Shown in pieces: positions 59,895 to 64,000 of a stretch of DNA of 64,000 nucleotides. Every line of letters begins with the position of its first letter. Position 1 is the first letter of the stretch. This DNA is from Mobula hypostoma (taxonomy: Eukaryota). The notes below the pieces were generated by a model. It was not told the origin of the DNA. It saw nothing but the letters and a program-made list of their open reading frames with translations, and did no database searches. The translations under genes and the position numbers were made by a program. The DNA lies in the NCBI RefSeq assembly GCF_963921235.1, contig NC_086097.1, forward strand, positions 185,754,001 through 185,818,000, given 5' to 3'.

Positions 59895-60950
59895 CTAACT
59901 GCGCTACAATACCTTATTCCATATACTGTGTGCATTCAAATATAAAACTTCAGTCCTGTATTAATCACCCTTTTAAATTTTGCCCCGTATTACTGAATGT
60001 TAGATTCTTATCCCTTTCTAAAATACAAACTGCACCTACTTGTATATCGACTGCCTCATCCTCTGCCCTATCAGTCCAGTTTCTAACCCCTACCAAATTA
60101 GTTTAAACCCTCCCCAACAGCACTGGCAAATTTGTCCAGAAGGATATTGGTCTCCCTTGTGTTCAGGTGTAACCCATCCTTTTTGTACAGGTCATACCTT
60201 CTCCAGAAGAGATCTCAACGATCTAGAAATCTGGAATTCTGCCCCTTGAGCCAATTCCTCAGCCACACATTTATCTACCAAATCATTCTATCCTCACTGG
60301 TGTGTGCTACATGCAGAAATCCAGAGATTACTACCTTTGAGGCGCTGCTTTTCAGCTTTTTACCCAACTCCATATATTCTCTCTCCACAACCTCAGCCAT
60401 TGTCCTACTTATGACATTTATGCCAATTTGTACAACAACCTCATGCTGTTTACCCTCCTCCTTTACATCTGAGATGTCCCTGATGCTGGCATCTTGGAGG
60501 CATCATACCATCCAAGTGTTCCTTTCAAGTCCACAGAACCTCCTGTTAGGTCCACCCCTCTCACAATTGCACTCTTTTTCTTTCCCCTTCCCTTCTGAGC
60601 CAGCCTCAGTGCCAAAGACCCAGTTATTGTGGCTTTCATCTGGTAGTTCATTTCCCTCCCAACAGTATCCAAAGTGGTATACTTGTTATTGAGGGGAACG
60701 TCCACAGGGGTGCTCTGCACTGATTGCCTGTTCTGTTTCCCGCTCCTGACAGTCACTTGCCTCCTGCAGCTTAGGGGTGTCTAGCATCCTTCAGCTACCA
60801 TCTATCTTCTCCTTATTCTCTCATATGACCTGAAGGTCTTCCAGCTGCAATTGCAGCTTCCTAACACGGTGTGTAAAGAGCTGCAGCTGGATGTACTTCG
60901 TGCAAATGTAGTTATCAGGGAGACAGAAGGTTTCACATAGTTCCCACATT
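59895..60950 (-). mobile_element. CR1 ORF1 fragment
   Basis: QSTPVDVPLNNKYTTLDTV and esterase-region homology to other ORF1 copies. Confidence 0.78.
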
Positions 60951-61690
60951 TAAACGGGGAGAAGGTTCAAACATCAGAGGTGCAAAGGGACTTAAGAGTC
61001 CTTGTGCAAGATTCCCAGAAGGTTAATTAACAGATTGAGTCTGTGGTAAAGAAGGCGAATACAATGTTAGCATTTATTTCAAGGGGAATAGAATATAAAA
61101 GCAAGGAGATAATGCTGATGTTCAATAAGACACTAGTCAGGCCACACTTACTATTTTGTCAACAGTTTTAGGCCCCTTACCTCAGGAAGGATGAGTTGTT
61201 ATTGGAGAGAGTCCAGAGGTGATAAACAAGGATGATCCCGGGAATGAAAGCGTTAACATATGAAGAGTATATGGTAGCTTTGTGCCTGCACACACTAGAA
61301 TTTAGAAGAATTTGGGGGAATCTCATTTAAACCTACAGAATGTTGAAATGACTAGTTAGGGTGGAAATGGAGAGGTTGTTTACTCTGCAGGGGGTACCCC
61401 GAACTAGAGGGCACAGCCTCGAAATTGAGGGGTGATCTATTAGACGGAGGCAAGGAGGAATTATTTTAGCCAGAGAGCGGTGAATCTGTGGAATGCTCTG
61501 CCACAGACTGAGGTGGATTCCAACTCCATGGGTATATTTAAGGTGGAAGTTGATAGGTCAGGGCATCAAAGGATATGTTGAGAAGGCAGGTGTATGGGGT
61601 TGAGAGGGATCGGGGATCAGCCATGATGGAATGGTGGAACAGACCTGTTGGGTTGAATGACCTAATTCTGATCCTATGTCTTATGGTCTT
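60951..61690 (+). mobile_element. CR1 LINE 3' fragment
   Basis: ESVVKKANTMLAFISRGIEYKSKE; tail tgtcttatggtctta. Confidence 0.82.
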
Positions 61691-61769
61691 AGCTCACACG
61701 AAGACATACCACTAATCCTGGACTCATTCTGACAGCACTAGCTATGTACTGATAGACAAAGAAGGAGAG

Positions 61770-63510
61770 AACATAGAACATAGAAAACCTACAGCACAAT
61801 ACAGGCCCTTCAGCCCATAATGCTTTGCCGAACATGTACTTACTTTGGAAATACTTACTTTACGCATAGCCTTCTATTTTTTTAAGCTCCATGTACCTAT
61901 CTGGGAGTCTCTTAAAAGACCCTATCGTATCTGCCTCCACCACCGTTGCTGGCAACCCTACTCCATGCACTCACCACACTCTGTGTAAAAAAACTTACCC
62001 CTGACATCTCCTTTGTACCTACTTCCAAGCACCTTAAAACTGTGCCCTCTCGTGTTAGCCATTTCAGCCTTGGGGAAAAAGCCTCTGACTATCGACATGA
62101 TCAGTGCTTTTCATCTTCTTATATACCTCTATCAGGTCACCTCTAATCCTTTGCCACTCCAAGGACATAAAGCCAAGTTCACTCAACCTATTCTCATAAG
62201 GCATGCTCCTCAATCCAGGCAACATCCTTGTAAATCTCCTCTGCACCCTTTCTATAGTTTCCACATCCTTCCTGTAGTGAGGTGACCAGAACTGAGCACA
62301 GTACTCCAAGTGGGGTCTGACCAGGGTCCTATAAAACTGTGACATTACCTCTTGGCTCTTAAACTCAACCTCATAGTTGATGAAGGCCAATGCAACATAT
62401 GTTTTCTTAACCACACAGTCAACCTGCGCAACAGCTTTGAGTGTCATATGGACTCGGACCCCAAGATCCCTCTGAACCTCCACAGTGCCAGGAGTCTTAC
62501 CATTAATACTATATTCTGTCATCATATTTGACCTACAAAATGAACCACCTCACACTTATCTGGGTTGAACTGCATCTGCCACTTCTCAGCCCAGTTTTGC
62601 ATCCTATCGATGTCCTGCTGTAACATCTGACAGCCCTCCACACTATTCACAACAACCTCAACCTTTCTGTCATCAGCAAATTTCTAACCCATCCCTCACT
62701 TCCTCATTCAGGTCATTTATAAAAATCACGAAGAGAAGGGGTACCACAACAGATCCCTGAGGCACACCACTGGTCACCGACCTCCATGCAGAATAAGACC
62801 CGTCCGCAGCCATTCTTTGCCCTCTGTGGACAAGCCAGCTCTGGATCTACAAAGCCAGGTCCCCTTGGATCCCATGCCTCCTTACTTTCTCAATAAGCCT
62901 TGCATGGGGAACCTTATCAAATGCCTTGCTGAAATCCATATACACTACATCTACACCTCTACCTTCATCAATATGTTTAGTCACATCCTCAAAAAATTCA
63001 ATCTGGCTCCTAAGGCACAACCTGCCTTGACAAAACTATGCTGACTGCCTCTCAAGATCTTTTCCATCAACTTACCAACCACTGAAGTAAGACTCACTGG
63101 TCTATAATTTCCTGGGCTATCTCTACTTTTCTTGAATAAGAGAAGAACATCTGCAACCCTTCAATCCTCTGGAACCTCTCCCGTCCCCATTGATGATGCA
63201 AAGATCATTGCCAGAGGCTCAGCAATCTCCTCCCTCGCCTCCCACGGTAGCCTGGGGTACATCTCGTCCGGTCCCGGAGACTCATCCAACTTGATGCTTT
63301 CCAAAAGCTCCAGCACATCCTCTTTCTTAATGTCTCTATACTCAAGTTTTTCAATTCGCTGTAAGTCATCCCTAAAATTGCCAGGATCCTTTTCCGTAGT
63401 GAATACTGAAGCAAATTATTCATTAAGTACCTCTTCTATCTCTTCCTGTTCCATACACAGTTTTTCACTGTCACACTTGATTGGTCCTATTCTCTCATGT
63501 CCTATCCTCT
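61770..63510 (-). mobile_element. CR1 LINE RT/3' part
   Basis: ORF 62064-62525 RTLVRPHLEYCAQFWSPHYRKD; agaacatagaacatagaaa tail. Confidence 0.9.
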
Positions 63511-63515
63511 TACAC

Positions 63516-64000
63516 AGAAACATAGAAAATAGGTGCAAGAGTAGGCCATTCGGCCCTTCGAGCCTGCACCGCCATTTATTATGATCATGGCTGATCATCC
63601 AACTCAGAACCCAGCCTTCCCTCCATACCTTCTGACCCCTGTAGCCACAAGGGCCATATCTAACTTCCTTTTAAACATAGCTAATGAACTGGCCTCAACA
63701 GTTTGCTGTGGCAGAGAATTCAACAGATTCACCACTCTCTGTGTGAAGAAGTTTTTCCTAACCTCGGTCCTAAAAGGCTTCCCCTCTATCCTCAAACTGT
63801 GACCCCTCGTTCTAGACCTCCCCAACATCGGGAACAATCTTCCCGCATCTAGCCTGTCCAATCCCTTTAGGATCTTATACGTTTCAATCAGATCCCCCCT
63901 CAATCTTCTAAATTCCAACGAGTACAAGCCCAGTTCATCCAGTCTTTCTTCATATGAAAGACCTGCCATCCCAGGAATCAATCTGGTGAACCTTCTTTGT
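63516..64000 (-). mobile_element. CR1 LINE 3' end, well preserved, continuing beyond the window
   Basis: Open ORF 63604-63981 MIPGM.GLSYEERL..LRGDLIETYKILKGLDR..RVVNL.NSLP. Confidence 0.9.

Overview
Vertebrate genomic DNA, most likely a cartilaginous fish. This is inferred from HE1/V-SINE-like SINEs and the dense CR1, Penelope and Rex1 content. Nearly the whole window is intronic. Two phase-compatible + strand coding exons (193-322 and 8948-9060) encode part of a C8orf88-like protein with a canonical eIF4E-binding motif (YSREFLM); a possible short terminal exon lies at 49819-49845. The rest is nested transposable elements: an old two-LTR endogenous retrovirus (15411-23600, minus) with an unusual mix of motifs (class III/spuma-type RT, class I-type RNase H, gamma-type env TM, degenerate tRNA-Ser PBS); Penelope-like elements carrying minimal hammerhead ribozymes, several in inverted-repeat form; a Gypsy element with both LTRs and a TSD plus an older relative; an internally deleted hAT transposon with an 8-bp TSD; a near full-length CR1 and many CR1 fragments; Rex1/Babar fragments; a HERO-type RLE fragment; SINEs and solo LTRs. 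Family assignments come from motifs recognised by eye, with no database search. Boundaries of degenerate elements are approximate.
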